DNA from: a virus
Lineage: Duplodnaviria > Heunggongvirae > Uroviricota > Caudoviricetes
Reading direction: 5' to 3' (one strand)
DNA length: 64,000 bases
IMG/VR virus record: IMGVR_UViG_3300031994_000015
Span: 94,276 to 158,275 of that record
In this document: positions 29,366 through 38,807 of the stretch, one piece after another
Numbering within the stretch: position 1 is the first letter of the stretch
Layout: every line of letters starts with the position of its first letter
Program-made: the position numbers and the translations under genes
The notes under the pieces: model-generated
Told to the model about the DNA's origin: nothing
The model's input: only the letters and a program-made list of their open reading frames with translations
Database searches by the model: none

Positions 29366-29626
29366 ATGAAAACTATTAAATCATTTATAAATGAAGCAAA
29401 TTCAGAAGAAATGATAAAAAATACTATTTGGTCAACTGATTCTAAAGGAATTAAAGATCCTGATATATTTATCATCAATATTGAAGATAAAATAATTGAA
29501 TTTGCAACAGTTGAAGAAGTTAAAAAGGATAAAGATTTCTTTGGTGAAGCTACTGATAAGGTATTACAATTAAAGCCAATGGAAAGTTTTGAAGATTCAG
29601 TAAATATATATGTTAAATTGAAATAA
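29366..29626 (+). CDS. small tagged protein (MKTIKSFINEAN)
   Basis: 86-aa ORF. Confidence 0.5.
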   Translation: MKTIKSFINEANSEEMIKNTIWSTDSKGIKDPDIFIINIEDKIIEFATVEEVKKDKDFFGEATDKVLQLKPMESFEDSVNIYVKLK

Positions 29627-29627
29627 C

Positions 29628-29954
29628 ATGAAATCATTAAATAATTATATAAATGAAGAAAAGAAAACAACTGGAGCTGGTTGTGTTGAAATGGTTAAGA
29701 CTATTCTTGACCAATTAACTAAAGAACATTCTGATTGCAAATACGATAAAGAAAAAGAAGAATGGACAGGTAAAGATGCTGATTTATGGAAAGGTGCAGG
29801 TCAATTCTTATTTGACTATATGCACGAATTAAATCAATCAGACTTTAAGAAAATTGTTGATGCCATGGGTTGGAAGAAATGGATTCCTGATGTAAATGAT
29901 ATTCATCCAGCCGAAATTTCAATGTGTATGTCAATGGAATTAACAGGATTGTAA
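29628..29954 (+). CDS. small tagged protein (MKSLNNYINEEK)
   Basis: 108-aa ORF. Confidence 0.5.
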   Translation: MKSLNNYINEEKKTTGAGCVEMVKTILDQLTKEHSDCKYDKEKEEWTGKDADLWKGAGQFLFDYMHELNQSDFKKIVDAMGWKKWIPDVNDIHPAEISMCMSMELTGL

Positions 29955-29956
29955 TT

Positions 29957-30463
29957 ATGAAATCAATAATAACATATTTATTTGAAAAACAAAATCCTTT
30001 TAATGCTTGGATTATGGTAGGACTTCCTGGTTCAGGTAAGTCAACATATATTAAAGAAGAACTTCCAAAAAGTATTAATATAATTTCACAAGATTATATT
30101 AGACAGGAATTAGGCATAATGAAAGATGATGATCATAAAGCAATTGGTAATCTAGAACAAGAAAAAGAAGTTACAAGAATTTGTTTAGAACGAATTGATA
30201 AAGCAATTAAAGAACGCAAAGATTTTGTCATAGATAATACAAATATAAAAGTAGGTAGAGTTCAAAATTTTTATGATAAGTTAAAGAAAGCTAATGCTAA
30301 TGTACAAATAATCATTATTGATACACCTAAAGAAATTTGTAAAGAACGTCGTAAAGAATACATCTCAGAAAAAGTTATTGATGATATGCAATTAGGTATT
30401 GATAAAGTCAAAGAAACTTTCAAAAATAATGAAGATACAAAAATAATTTCAGATAGATACTAA
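29957..30463 (+). CDS. P-loop polynucleotide kinase (T4 Pnk kinase-domain-like), tagged (MKSIITYLFEKQ)
   Basis: WIMVGLPGSGKST Walker A, QDYIRQ, VIDNTN; start moved to 29957 after the upstream stop. Confidence 0.6.
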   Translation: MKSIITYLFEKQNPFNAWIMVGLPGSGKSTYIKEELPKSINIISQDYIRQELGIMKDDDHKAIGNLEQEKEVTRICLERIDKAIKERKDFVIDNTNIKVGRVQNFYDKLKKANANVQIIIIDTPKEICKERRKEYISEKVIDDMQLGIDKVKETFKNNEDTKIISDRY

Positions 30464-30661
30464 TGTTAGAAGGAATAATTATATTTGGTATAGGTTTTTT
30501 ATTTGGTAAATATACTAATCAAATGATCGATATTTGTAAAGGATTATATTTAAGATATTTTGATAAAGAAAAAACTGATGCATAAACTGTTAGTGTGTTT
30601 TTCATAATATTAAACTTAAGGTTAACTATTTTTGTATATATTTTTTTAAGTTTATGCATTT

Positions 30662-30694
30662 GGGAGGTCATGAAGACCTCCCATTTTTATTTTA
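30662..30694 (+). terminator. Rho-independent terminator (gggaggtc atga gacctccc + atttttatttt)
   Basis: GC-rich 8-bp stem plus T-run. Confidence 0.7.
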
Positions 30695-30743
30695 AATTTT
30701 TTGAAATATTTTTGTATTATATTTGAATTTTTAGAATTATTTT

Positions 30744-30762
30744 CTATATTATATATGTAAAT
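30744..30762 (+). promoter_or_regulatory. conserved promoter-like motif CTATATTATATATGTAAA, with CAAATAATAAA downstream
   Basis: Identical 18-mer to 11852, located 35 nt upstream of GC-rich gene 30797. Confidence 0.5.
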
Positions 30763-30796
30763 AACAAATAATAAACAACAAATAAAATTTCAAATT

Positions 30797-31105
30797 ATGA
30801 TGACAAAGGAATTTAACCTCGAGATGGCAAAGAATGGTGCAGCAATTCAGACAAAGCTCGGTAATCCGGTAAAGTTCAATTGTATCACCAACGATAACAA
30901 GCTTTTCGTTACGGTTTTCAAGCGGAATCGAATTGTAGGAGGTGATCATAAGGCAATTGCTCCTTCTTTCGGTGGAACACAAGATAAGTATTGCCTGAAT
31001 GGCCGAAAGTATGCCGGAACTACTACAATGTTTGACCTCGAGATGGTAGAGCCCTACAACGTTGGTCAGCCTCGTGATGCTAAAGGTCGCTTTACCAAGA
31101 AGTAA
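30797..31105 (+). CDS. hypothetical small protein, GC-rich, basic C-terminus (RDAKGRFTKK)
   Basis: GC-rich codon usage; preceded by a terminator and the motif. Confidence 0.6.
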   Translation: MMTKEFNLEMAKNGAAIQTKLGNPVKFNCITNDNKLFVTVFKRNRIVGGDHKAIAPSFGGTQDKYCLNGRKYAGTTTMFDLEMVEPYNVGQPRDAKGRFTKK

Positions 31106-31172
31106 TTAGAAATTTATCTAACTGGCAAGAGGAATCTGAAAAGAATCTTCTTGCCAATATTTGTGATATATT

Positions 31173-31508
31173 ATGGATGTAAAAGATTATTTGATTGTAT
31201 ATGGTCATAATGTGAGGCGAGGTGGCTCATGTTATAAAGAGACAGAAATTAATTGTGATGATCTTGTAAGGTTCATGCCAATTATTAAAACAATTCATGA
31301 TAATATTGATCAAGCAATGAATTGGATTGGTGGAATTACTTTGGAAAGAACTAAGGATGGTCATTATATTGAACATAATCATCTTTATGAAATGTACCCA
31401 CAGTTTGATCCAAAGCTTCTTGATGAGCTTTCAGAATATCTACCTGATGGAATTACTCATATTGAGTCAATTAAAATTTTTAGTGGACAAAAAATCAAAA
31501 TTATTTAA
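31173..31508 (+). CDS. hypothetical protein
   Basis: 111-aa ORF. Confidence 0.5.
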   Translation: MDVKDYLIVYGHNVRRGGSCYKETEINCDDLVRFMPIIKTIHDNIDQAMNWIGGITLERTKDGHYIEHNHLYEMYPQFDPKLLDELSEYLPDGITHIESIKIFSGQKIKII

Positions 31509-31554
31509 ATTACATAAAAATTTGACTATATTTATAATGTAAAAAATAAACATT

Positions 31555-31755
31555 ATGAAGACAATTTTTACTTATAAAAGTTTTAAGCATAAAGTTTATA
31601 ATTTAGAAGATGAAGGTTTTCGAATTAGTGAAGATATGTCTTTTACACATTCAGCTTTTAATGGATTAGAGATGAAAGGTGGAAATAATGTTTTAGAGAC
31701 AGTAGAAAAGATTAATCAATATATAGATATAATGAATTCAACACCACTTTTTTAA
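31555..31755 (+). CDS. hypothetical protein
   Basis: 66-aa ORF. Confidence 0.4.
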   Translation: MKTIFTYKSFKHKVYNLEDEGFRISEDMSFTHSAFNGLEMKGGNNVLETVEKINQYIDIMNSTPLF

Positions 31756-31756
31756 T

Positions 31757-31984
31757 ATGAATAAATTTGATGATGTTAAACAGTTAGTACATGAACATGA
31801 TGAATTAGTAGCTTTTCATAAGATGTTGTCAGAAAATCCAATGAAGAAATTGGGTATTATACATGAGGGTAGCGATACACCAGGTGTTAATTATACTGAT
31901 TATTCTGATACAGTTAAAGAAGTAGTTCTAAAGAAAGTTCGTGAACGTATTGATGAAATTGAAAAGATTTTTAATAAAAAGTAA
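31757..31984 (+). CDS. hypothetical protein
   Basis: 75-aa ORF. Confidence 0.4.
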   Translation: MNKFDDVKQLVHEHDELVAFHKMLSENPMKKLGIIHEGSDTPGVNYTDYSDTVKEVVLKKVRERIDEIEKIFNKK

Positions 31985-31986
31985 AT

Positions 31987-32529
31987 ATGGCTTGGTATAC
32001 AATTTTATTTTTGACAGTTTTTTTATTGTTTGCTGTTAAATTGATTTTATCCTGGACAGCAGGAGATTTTGAAATGGATGTAGATTTAGATGGTATAGAT
32101 GATTTTGATGTATCTAGTGCATTTTCATTTAAAGGATTAATTCATTTCTTGTTAGGTTTTAGCTCATATCTATTTTTACGTGCTAATATGGCAGGAGTAG
32201 ATAAGATTAATGGAGTTGCACAATTTAGTACTTTAGATTATATGTGGGCAACCGTAATTGGAGTAATTTTATTTTTTGCTTTATGGTGGGGATATAAACT
32301 TGCAATGAAAGCTTCACAAACTCCAAAAAGACCACAAGATTGTATTAATAATTCTAAAGGAAAGATCTATCTTAATCTAGGAAATGGACAATATTCTGTA
32401 GAAGCACATACAGTTGCAGGAACAACTAATGTAACAGCATTTTATTCAGGTGATGAGTTAGAATCTGGAACAGAAGTTACATTAACAAAGGAAGGAAATA
32501 ATATTTTAATAAATACAATCGATGCTTAA
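31987..32529 (+). CDS. NfeD-like (YuaF-type) membrane protein, probable partner of the flotillin
   Basis: Several TM helices in the N-terminal two-thirds and a beta-rich C-terminal ~60 aa; located immediately upstream of an SPFH/flotillin gene, the canonical bacterial nfeD-flotillin arrangement. Confidence 0.45.
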   Translation: MAWYTILFLTVFLLFAVKLILSWTAGDFEMDVDLDGIDDFDVSSAFSFKGLIHFLLGFSSYLFLRANMAGVDKINGVAQFSTLDYMWATVIGVILFFALWWGYKLAMKASQTPKRPQDCINNSKGKIYLNLGNGQYSVEAHTVAGTTNVTAFYSGDELESGTEVTLTKEGNNILINTIDA

Positions 32530-32738
32530 TTTTTTAACCAATAAACAAAAAGGAGTATTAGGTACAATTGCTTTATTAGGAGTTGGAGCAATAATTGCTA
32601 AAGGTCTTTATGATTATTCAAATTATAAAACTTTAAAATGGGTAGAAAAAAGACTTAAACATAATACTTGGGAATATTACGAATAATTTATTGTAAACAT
32701 TTTATTAATTATATTTTTTAACTTTAATTTTATTTTTT

Positions 32739-34823
32739 ATGACTGGAACAATTTTAACATTGTGTTTGATTGGTGGAGGAATCCTATTCCTCGTTCTAAC
32801 AATTTGGGGAATTCTATCAAGGTATCGCCGTTCAGCACCTGATGAACTTTTGGTTGTTTTTGGTAAATCTGGAAAGATCCAAGTACAAGGTGAAGATGGT
32901 AAGACACAAACATTGGTAGTACCAAGTAAGATTATTCAAGGTGGTGGTGCATTTGTATGGCCTATCATTCAGGACTTCAAGAAGATGTCAATGAAGCCTA
33001 TTCAGATTAAGGCGACAGTTGACGGTATTGATTCACAAGCAATTCAATTGCACTTGCCTGTAGTATTAACAACTGCAATTTCTCGAGATAAAGAAATTCA
33101 ACAGAATGCAGCAACTCGTTTCTTGAGTGCTAATCCACAAGAAATTCAATCTCAGATTCAAGAAATTTTGATTGGTGAAACACGTGCTATCATGGCAACT
33201 ATGTTGATTGAGGAAATTAACGCCGACCGTGATAAGTTCTTAACTAAGGTACGTACTAACCTTGAGCAAGAGTTGACAAAGATTGGTTATGATGTTACTA
33301 ACATTAACATTTCAGAAATTACCGATGACGCCAACTATATCAAGAACATGGGTCAAAAAGCTACAACCCGTAAGCAAGCTGAAGCTGAGGCAGATATTGC
33401 TGAGCAGAGGAAGCAAGGTAATGTAAAGATTGCTAACACAAAGAAGGAAGAGGAAATTGCTGTTGCTGCAGCTGAGAAGGAGAAGCAAGTTACAGTTAAT
33501 CAAACTCGTCAGGAGCAAGAAGTTAAGGTAGCAGGTATTGAAAGAGACAAGCAAATTCAATTGGCTGAAGCTGAAAAGGAACGTGAATCTGGTATTGCCG
33601 ACCAGGAAGCTGAGAAGGCAGCACGTATTGCCGAAGCTCAAGCACTTGCTGAATCTAAGAAAGCTGAAGCTAAAGCAAAGCAGATTGCTAATGTATCTGC
33701 AGCTGATGCAGAAGCAGCATCTAAGCAAGCTGAAGCTGATGCTAAGAAGGTAGCTGCAGTTGCTGCTCGTAAGGCAGAAGCTGAATCTAATAAAGCTAAG
33801 TCAGAAGCTGAACAGACTAAGGCAATTGCTACTGCACAAGCTGATGCAGAAGCTACTGAGAATGAGCAGGAAGCTAAGAAGCAAACTCGTATTGCACAAG
33901 CTAACCAGGTTAAGGAAGCTGAAATTGTAAAAGCAACTCAGGAAAAGGAATCTAAAGCCGCTGAGTATGAATCTGAGAAACGTAAGCGTAAAGCAGAAGC
34001 TGATAAGAAGGCAGGTGTTGCCGAACAGATGGCAAAGATTGAAGTAGCACAAGCTACTGCTAAGGCTGGTCAAGCTGAAGCTGATGCTAAGAAGGTAAAG
34101 GAAACTGCTATGGTTGAAGCCGAGATGTCAGTTGCAAAAACTAAGCAGGAACGTCAGTTAGAAGTTAATAAGGCACAAGCTAAAGCCGCTGAGGAGCAAT
34201 TGAATGCTACCGAAATCGTACCAGCACAGAAAGCTAAGGAGAAGGCAGTTATTGAGGCCGAAGCTATTAAGCGTAAAGCCGAACTTGAGGCAGAAGCGTT
34301 GAAGGTAAAGATCCTTCGTGAAGCTGAAGCTGAAGCTCAGAAGACCCAAATGAAGTTGGAAGCTGAAGCTGAAGGTAATCGTAAGAAGTTGCTTGCCGAA
34401 GCTGAAGGTGCAGAAGCTATGGCACTTGCTAAAGCTAAAGGTATTCAACAGGAAGCACTTGCACCAGCTATGGCATTTGAAAGAATGATTCAAGCTGCTG
34501 GTTCACCAGAGATGGCAGTTCAGTGGAAGATGGTTGATCAGTACAAAGGTATCGCTGAAGCTCAAGCTCATGTTCTTGAACACGTACAACTTGGTAATGT
34601 TACTGTTTACGGTGATAAGAACACAGGTGCTGACTTCGCTAAGAGCTTTGTTCAGAACTTCGCTCCAGCTCTCGATATGATCAATGGTGGAGTAAAGGAT
34701 CAGTTTAAGAATCTTTTCGGATTGAAAGGTGAAAAGAAAGAACTCCCATCACCAGAAGGAACCGGAGATGACACCAAAACCAAAGGTAAGGACAAGGGAG
34801 GAGACTTTGATGATGTTAAGTAA
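32739..34823 (+). CDS. flotillin-like SPFH/Band-7 protein with a long Glu/Ala-rich coiled coil
   Basis: N-terminal TM, SPFH core (LLVVFGKSGKIQVQGEDGK...IQGGGAFVWPIIQDFKKMSMKPIQI), then ~400 aa of AEAEA-type flotillin repeats; GC-rich codons. Confidence 0.75.
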   Translation: MTGTILTLCLIGGGILFLVLTIWGILSRYRRSAPDELLVVFGKSGKIQVQGEDGKTQTLVVPSKIIQGGGAFVWPIIQDFKKMSMKPIQIKATVDGIDSQAIQLHLPVVLTTAISRDKEIQQNAATRFLSANPQEIQSQIQEILIGETRAIMATMLIEEINADRDKFLTKVRTNLEQELTKIGYDVTNINISEITDDANYIKNMGQKATTRKQAEAEADIAEQRKQGNVKIANTKKEEEIAVAAAEKEKQVTVNQTRQEQEVKVAGIERDKQIQLAEAEKERESGIADQEAEKAARIAEAQALAESKKAEAKAKQIANVSAADAEAASKQAEADAKKVAAVAARKAEAESNKAKSEAEQTKAIATAQADAEATENEQEAKKQTRIAQANQVKEAEIVKATQEKESKAAEYESEKRKRKAEADKKAGVAEQMAKIEVAQATAKAGQAEADAKKVKETAMVEAEMSVAKTKQERQLEVNKAQAKAAEEQLNATEIVPAQKAKEKAVIEAEAIKRKAELEAEALKVKILREAEAEAQKTQMKLEAEAEGNRKKLLAEAEGAEAMALAKAKGIQQEALAPAMAFERMIQAAGSPEMAVQWKMVDQYKGIAEAQAHVLEHVQLGNVTVYGDKNTGADFAKSFVQNFAPALDMINGGVKDQFKNLFGLKGEKKELPSPEGTGDDTKTKGKDKGGDFDDVK

Positions 34824-34847
34824 GAAATAATTCACAACTAATATTTA

Positions 34848-34886
34848 AGAGGAATTGATTTAAATCAATTCCTCTTTTTTATTTTT
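34848..34886 (+). terminator. Rho-independent terminator 1 (agaggaattgatttaaatcaattcctct + T6)
   Basis: Perfect stem plus T-run. Confidence 0.7.
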
Positions 34887-34894
34887 AAATTTAA

Positions 34895-34923
34895 GGACTG
34901 AATGCAAAATTCAGTCTTTTTTT
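34895..34923 (+). terminator. Rho-independent terminator 2 (ggactgaatgcaaaattcagtc + T7), in tandem with terminator 1
   Basis: Second hairpin 10 nt downstream. Confidence 0.65.
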
Positions 34924-34981
34924 GGCTTTAAATAGAATATAATTTTTATTTTTATATATAACAAAAAAAGTATGTAATAAT

Positions 34982-35617
34982 ATGAATTACGAAGGAAAAT
35001 ATGGAACTCAAGAACCAGAAGAGAATAATAAAGATATATTAGAAAATCTTTTTATTCAATCTGATACTCCAGATTTAGTTGATACTGATGATACTTTACA
35101 AACTCCTTTGTTAGTTATAAATCTTGAAGAAGTAGATAAGAAAACTAATGAAAGAGCTAAGAAGATTGTTGAAAGATTATCAGATTATTATTTTGACAAA
35201 AGATATGTAGAGCAACATCCTTATATACCTAATAAAATTGCTCAAGAAGTGGATAATATCAGACGTCTTTTAAAAATGCTTGCAGTCAATGAAAAAGCTC
35301 AAGATACATTAATTACTTCTATTACTATTAATGCAGGTAAAGGAACATTATATGGTTCATTAACTTCATTACAAAATTCTATGCTTCAAATGCAATCACA
35401 ATTAAACCAATTAACCGCAAATCTTGAAAATATATTTAAAGAAATGCAAGCTAATTGTGAAGAAACATTTGAAGAGAAGCAAAAAGATGATATTGAAAAT
35501 GAAGATGGATCTAAAGTTGTTATGGGTTCACGTGACTTTATTAAACAAATTGATGCTATGATAAATAGTGGAGAAACAAATAATAACGAAATAATAAAAA
35601 CAGGAACTGATCAATAA
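34982..35617 (+). CDS. hypothetical coiled-coil protein
   Basis: 211-aa ORF upstream of ugd. Confidence 0.5.
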   Translation: MNYEGKYGTQEPEENNKDILENLFIQSDTPDLVDTDDTLQTPLLVINLEEVDKKTNERAKKIVERLSDYYFDKRYVEQHPYIPNKIAQEVDNIRRLLKMLAVNEKAQDTLITSITINAGKGTLYGSLTSLQNSMLQMQSQLNQLTANLENIFKEMQANCEETFEEKQKDDIENEDGSKVVMGSRDFIKQIDAMINSGETNNNEIIKTGTDQ

Positions 35618-35618
35618 T

Positions 35619-36953
35619 ATGAATATATCTATTGTTGGTACTGGTTATGTTGGCTTAGTAACTGGTACTTGTTTTGCCGAAATGGGACATAATGTACATT
35701 GTATAGATATCAATAAAGAAAAGATTTATAAATTAAATAATGGTATTATACCTATTTATGAGCCAGGATTAGAAGAATTAGTAAAAAAGAATATACAAGC
35801 TGAAAAATTATTTTTTGATGATGATTATAAATCTATAGAATATGCAGATGCTGTATTTTCAGCTGTTGGTACTCCACCGGATGAAGATGGTTCAGCTGAT
35901 TTACAATATGTATTAGCTGTAGCAAAAGAGTTTGCTAAGTATATTAAGAAACATTCTTTAATTATTACTAAATCAACAGTACCAGTTGGAACAGCAGAAA
36001 AGGTTCGTAAAGTTGTACAAGATACATTGAAAGAATTGAATAAAGAAGTAGAGTTTGAAGTTGTTTCAAACCCAGAATTTTTGAAAGAAGGTTCAGCTAT
36101 TGAAGACTTTATGAATCCTGATAGAATAGTTATAGGTTGCGATATGGAATATTCTAAGATGATTATGCAATCTATTTATAAAAAATTCCCAGACGAAAAA
36201 TTAGTATTTACAACTATTCCATCAGCTGAAATGATAAAATATGCTGCTAATTCTATGTTAGCTGTTCGTATTTCATTTATGAATGATATCGCTAATCTTT
36301 GTGATAAAGTTGGTGCTAATGTAGAAGATGTAGCTAAAGGTATAGGTATGGATTCTCGTATAGGACCAAAATTCTTACAAGCTGGTTGTGGATATGGTGG
36401 TTCATGTTTTCCTAAAGATGTAAAAGCACTTATTAAAACTGGAGAGCAAAATAATATAGATATGAAAGTTATTAAAGCAGCTGAAGCTACTAATAATTCA
36501 CAAAAACATATCCTTTATGATAAATTATATAAAGCATCTTCAAGAGTTGATTATCAAATAAAGAATATTACAATATTGGGTACTGCATTTAAACCTAATA
36601 CCGATGATATGAGAGAAGCTACTTCAGTTGTATGTTTAAATGATTTATTGAATGATAATCAAAAATTAGGACCATTTGATAAGATTAAGATATATGATCC
36701 AATAGCATTAGGTGAAGCTAAAAGAATAATAGGTGAATCAAATGAGAAGATTGAATATTATAATGAATTAGATAAAGCTATTATAGATGCAGATGCAATA
36801 ATTATTGTTACTGAATGGAAACAAATTAAAGAAATGTCTTTAGAGGTTGCAAAAAAATTAATGAGAGGTAACATAATTATAGATGGAAGAAATATATTTA
36901 ATAGAAAAGAATTAGAGAAATTAGAATTTATATATGAAGCTATAGGAAAATAA
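35619..36953 (+). CDS. ugd: UDP-glucose 6-dehydrogenase family (UDP-glucose/GDP-mannose dehydrogenase)
   Basis: N-terminal GTGYVGLVTGTCFAEMGH Rossmann motif and catalytic GCGYGGSCFPKD motif. Confidence 0.85.
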   Translation: MNISIVGTGYVGLVTGTCFAEMGHNVHCIDINKEKIYKLNNGIIPIYEPGLEELVKKNIQAEKLFFDDDYKSIEYADAVFSAVGTPPDEDGSADLQYVLAVAKEFAKYIKKHSLIITKSTVPVGTAEKVRKVVQDTLKELNKEVEFEVVSNPEFLKEGSAIEDFMNPDRIVIGCDMEYSKMIMQSIYKKFPDEKLVFTTIPSAEMIKYAANSMLAVRISFMNDIANLCDKVGANVEDVAKGIGMDSRIGPKFLQAGCGYGGSCFPKDVKALIKTGEQNNIDMKVIKAAEATNNSQKHILYDKLYKASSRVDYQIKNITILGTAFKPNTDDMREATSVVCLNDLLNDNQKLGPFDKIKIYDPIALGEAKRIIGESNEKIEYYNELDKAIIDADAIIIVTEWKQIKEMSLEVAKKLMRGNIIIDGRNIFNRKELEKLEFIYEAIGK

Positions 36954-36954
36954 A

Positions 36955-36977
36955 GGAGCAATTATGCTCCTTTTTTC
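36955..36977 (+). terminator. Rho-independent terminator (ggagcaattatgctcc + T7)
   Basis: Hairpin immediately after the ugd stop. Confidence 0.65.
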
Positions 36978-37106
36978 ATTTTAAAATTTATATAATATTC
37001 TTTTCAATTAAAATAATATTATTTTTATTAAATAATCGTATCTATTTCTAGAGAAGAATTATTTTTAATAGAATATAAAATACCAAATATATGTTTCACA
37101 TAATTT

Positions 37107-38807
37107 ATGACAAACAAACGTTGCTTGGTTTATGAAACTTTGGGAAAGGTAACTAATCTTCAAGTATCTGAATCAGCTGCTCCTAAAGGCATGATGCGTT
37201 TAGAAGGTGTGTTTGGTGTATGTGGAGTTAAGAACCAAAATAACCGTATCTATGACAAAGAGAACTATGGAAAGATGGTTGAAGCTTTGCAAGAGGTTAT
37301 TAAGGAAGATAATGGTTGTCCTGGTGAATTGGAACATCCTAATTCAATGAATATTAATCTTGAGAATGTTTCTCACAAGATTGAAAAGATTCAAATGAAT
37401 GAAGACGGTACTATCACCGGTACAATTCTTTTATTAAATACTCCTAAAGGTCAGATTGCCCAAGCTATTGTAGAAGGTGGTCTTCCTTTATATATATCAT
37501 CACGTGGTGCTGGTACAATTACAAATGAAAGTGGTATATCTCATGTTACATTATCTACTATCAAGACTTATGACTTGGTAGGTACTCCAGGTTTTAGTCA
37601 AGCTAAATTAAATCTTAAAGAAAATCAAACTCTTGAATGTCTTAATGAATCAGTAGATGATGGTAACGTTATATATGCTATTGTCGAAGGAGATGATGAT
37701 CAACCATCAGACGATAAAGATAAAGACACTGATAAGGGTGAAGGTGACGCAGATAATAAAGATAATAAAACTGACGACACAAAAGATAACAAAGACGATA
37801 ACAAAAATAACGATAATGAAAAAGTTGATATGAAAGATTTGAAAGAAGCTATTGAAAAGCTTACTGATAAAGTAACTTCACTTGAAGCTGAACTTCATGT
37901 AGCTAAAGAATCTTTAGATAACCAAAAACCTGTCAACTATGCTGCTATTGAAAAATGGGTAAATGAAGAATTTGCTCCTGAATTCAAGAAGACAATTGAA
38001 ACAGCATTACAAGAAAAGCTTGATGGTATGGATGTAATGGAATCTGTAGAAGAAATTATCGATAACAAGATTAATGAATCTATTGAAACTATTTCTGAAG
38101 GCATCCAAAATTGGGTAGTTGAAGAATTTGCTCCAGAAGTTCAAAACTGGGTAGTTGAAGAATTTGCTCCAGAAGTTCAAAACTGGGTATGTGAAGAATT
38201 TGCTCCAGAAGTTCAAAACTGGGTATGTGAAGAATTTGCTCCAGAAGTTCAAAACTGGGTTGTTGAAGAATTCGCTCCTGAAGTACAAAACTGGATTACT
38301 GAAGAATATTCACCAGAAGTACAAAATTGGATTACAGAAGAATTTGCTCCAGTTATTGATAAGTGGGTAAATGAAGAATTTGCTCCAGAACATATGGAAA
38401 ATGTTGAAAAGAAAGTTAATGAAAATGTTTCTGCTTTCTTAGCTGAAAATAAGGCTGGTCGTCTTGAAGAAATAGATTCATTACTTGAAACTATTGGTTC
38501 TAACAATACTCCATTAGAGAATATTGTTAAAGAAAATCAAGAACAAACTAAGTGGAAAGGTGTTTATGTAGTTGAAAGCATGCCTGCTCAATACAAACCA
38601 TCTTGGGAATTACTTGATGAAGCTCGTCAAGAAGAAATCGTTAGAAGTTCTAAGCTTTATGATTTCACAAAAGCTGGTGTTCTTGAATCATTCTGGGCTA
38701 ATGTAGAATTTAACAAGAAGGAAGAAAAGATTGAAGAAAATCTTAACCCAATTCAAAAGTATCATAATACAATAGCTGAACAAATGAGACGTATTGGTAA
38801 ATGGTAA
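37107..38807 (+). CDS. putative prohead protease and scaffold fusion (T4 gp21/gp22-like position): N-terminal globular domain, poly-acidic linker, coiled coil and 12-aa tandem repeats
   Basis: Immediately upstream of the major capsid gene; Asp/Lys/Asn-rich linker; eight copies of QNWVVEEFAPEV; N-terminal domain contains GELEHP and a Gly-rich core. The protease assignment is inference. Confidence 0.5.
   Translation: MTNKRCLVYETLGKVTNLQVSESAAPKGMMRLEGVFGVCGVKNQNNRIYDKENYGKMVEALQEVIKEDNGCPGELEHPNSMNINLENVSHKIEKIQMNEDGTITGTILLLNTPKGQIAQAIVEGGLPLYISSRGAGTITNESGISHVTLSTIKTYDLVGTPGFSQAKLNLKENQTLECLNESVDDGNVIYAIVEGDDDQPSDDKDKDTDKGEGDADNKDNKTDDTKDNKDDNKNNDNEKVDMKDLKEAIEKLTDKVTSLEAELHVAKESLDNQKPVNYAAIEKWVNEEFAPEFKKTIETALQEKLDGMDVMESVEEIIDNKINESIETISEGIQNWVVEEFAPEVQNWVVEEFAPEVQNWVCEEFAPEVQNWVCEEFAPEVQNWVVEEFAPEVQNWITEEYSPEVQNWITEEFAPVIDKWVNEEFAPEHMENVEKKVNENVSAFLAENKAGRLEEIDSLLETIGSNNTPLENIVKENQEQTKWKGVYVVESMPAQYKPSWELLDEARQEEIVRSSKLYDFTKAGVLESFWANVEFNKKEEKIEENLNPIQKYHNTIAEQMRRIGKW
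38105..38392 (+). repeat. eight in-frame tandem copies of a 36-nt unit (caaaactgggtagttgaagaatttgctccagaagtt), plus one degenerate copy at 37950-37985
   Basis: Read directly; copies diverge towards the 3' end. Confidence 0.9.

Noticed and set aside
32522-32685. 54-aa hydrophobic micro-ORF overlapping the end of the NfeD-like gene
   Set aside because: It is plausible as a tiny membrane protein, but it is below any size where sequence alone gives support. It is noted here and not called as a feature.
33312-34493. Several ORFs on both strands inside the flotillin gene (33312-33728, 33538-33753, 33801-34073, 34158-34493)
   Set aside because: The GCT/GAA-repeat-rich coding sequence (AEAEA repeats) creates long stop-free frames in other phases. 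They are Leu/Ser/Cys-rich nonsense.
38007-38506. ORFs antisense or out of frame across the 36-nt tandem repeat region
   Set aside because: Artefacts of the repeat periodicity.
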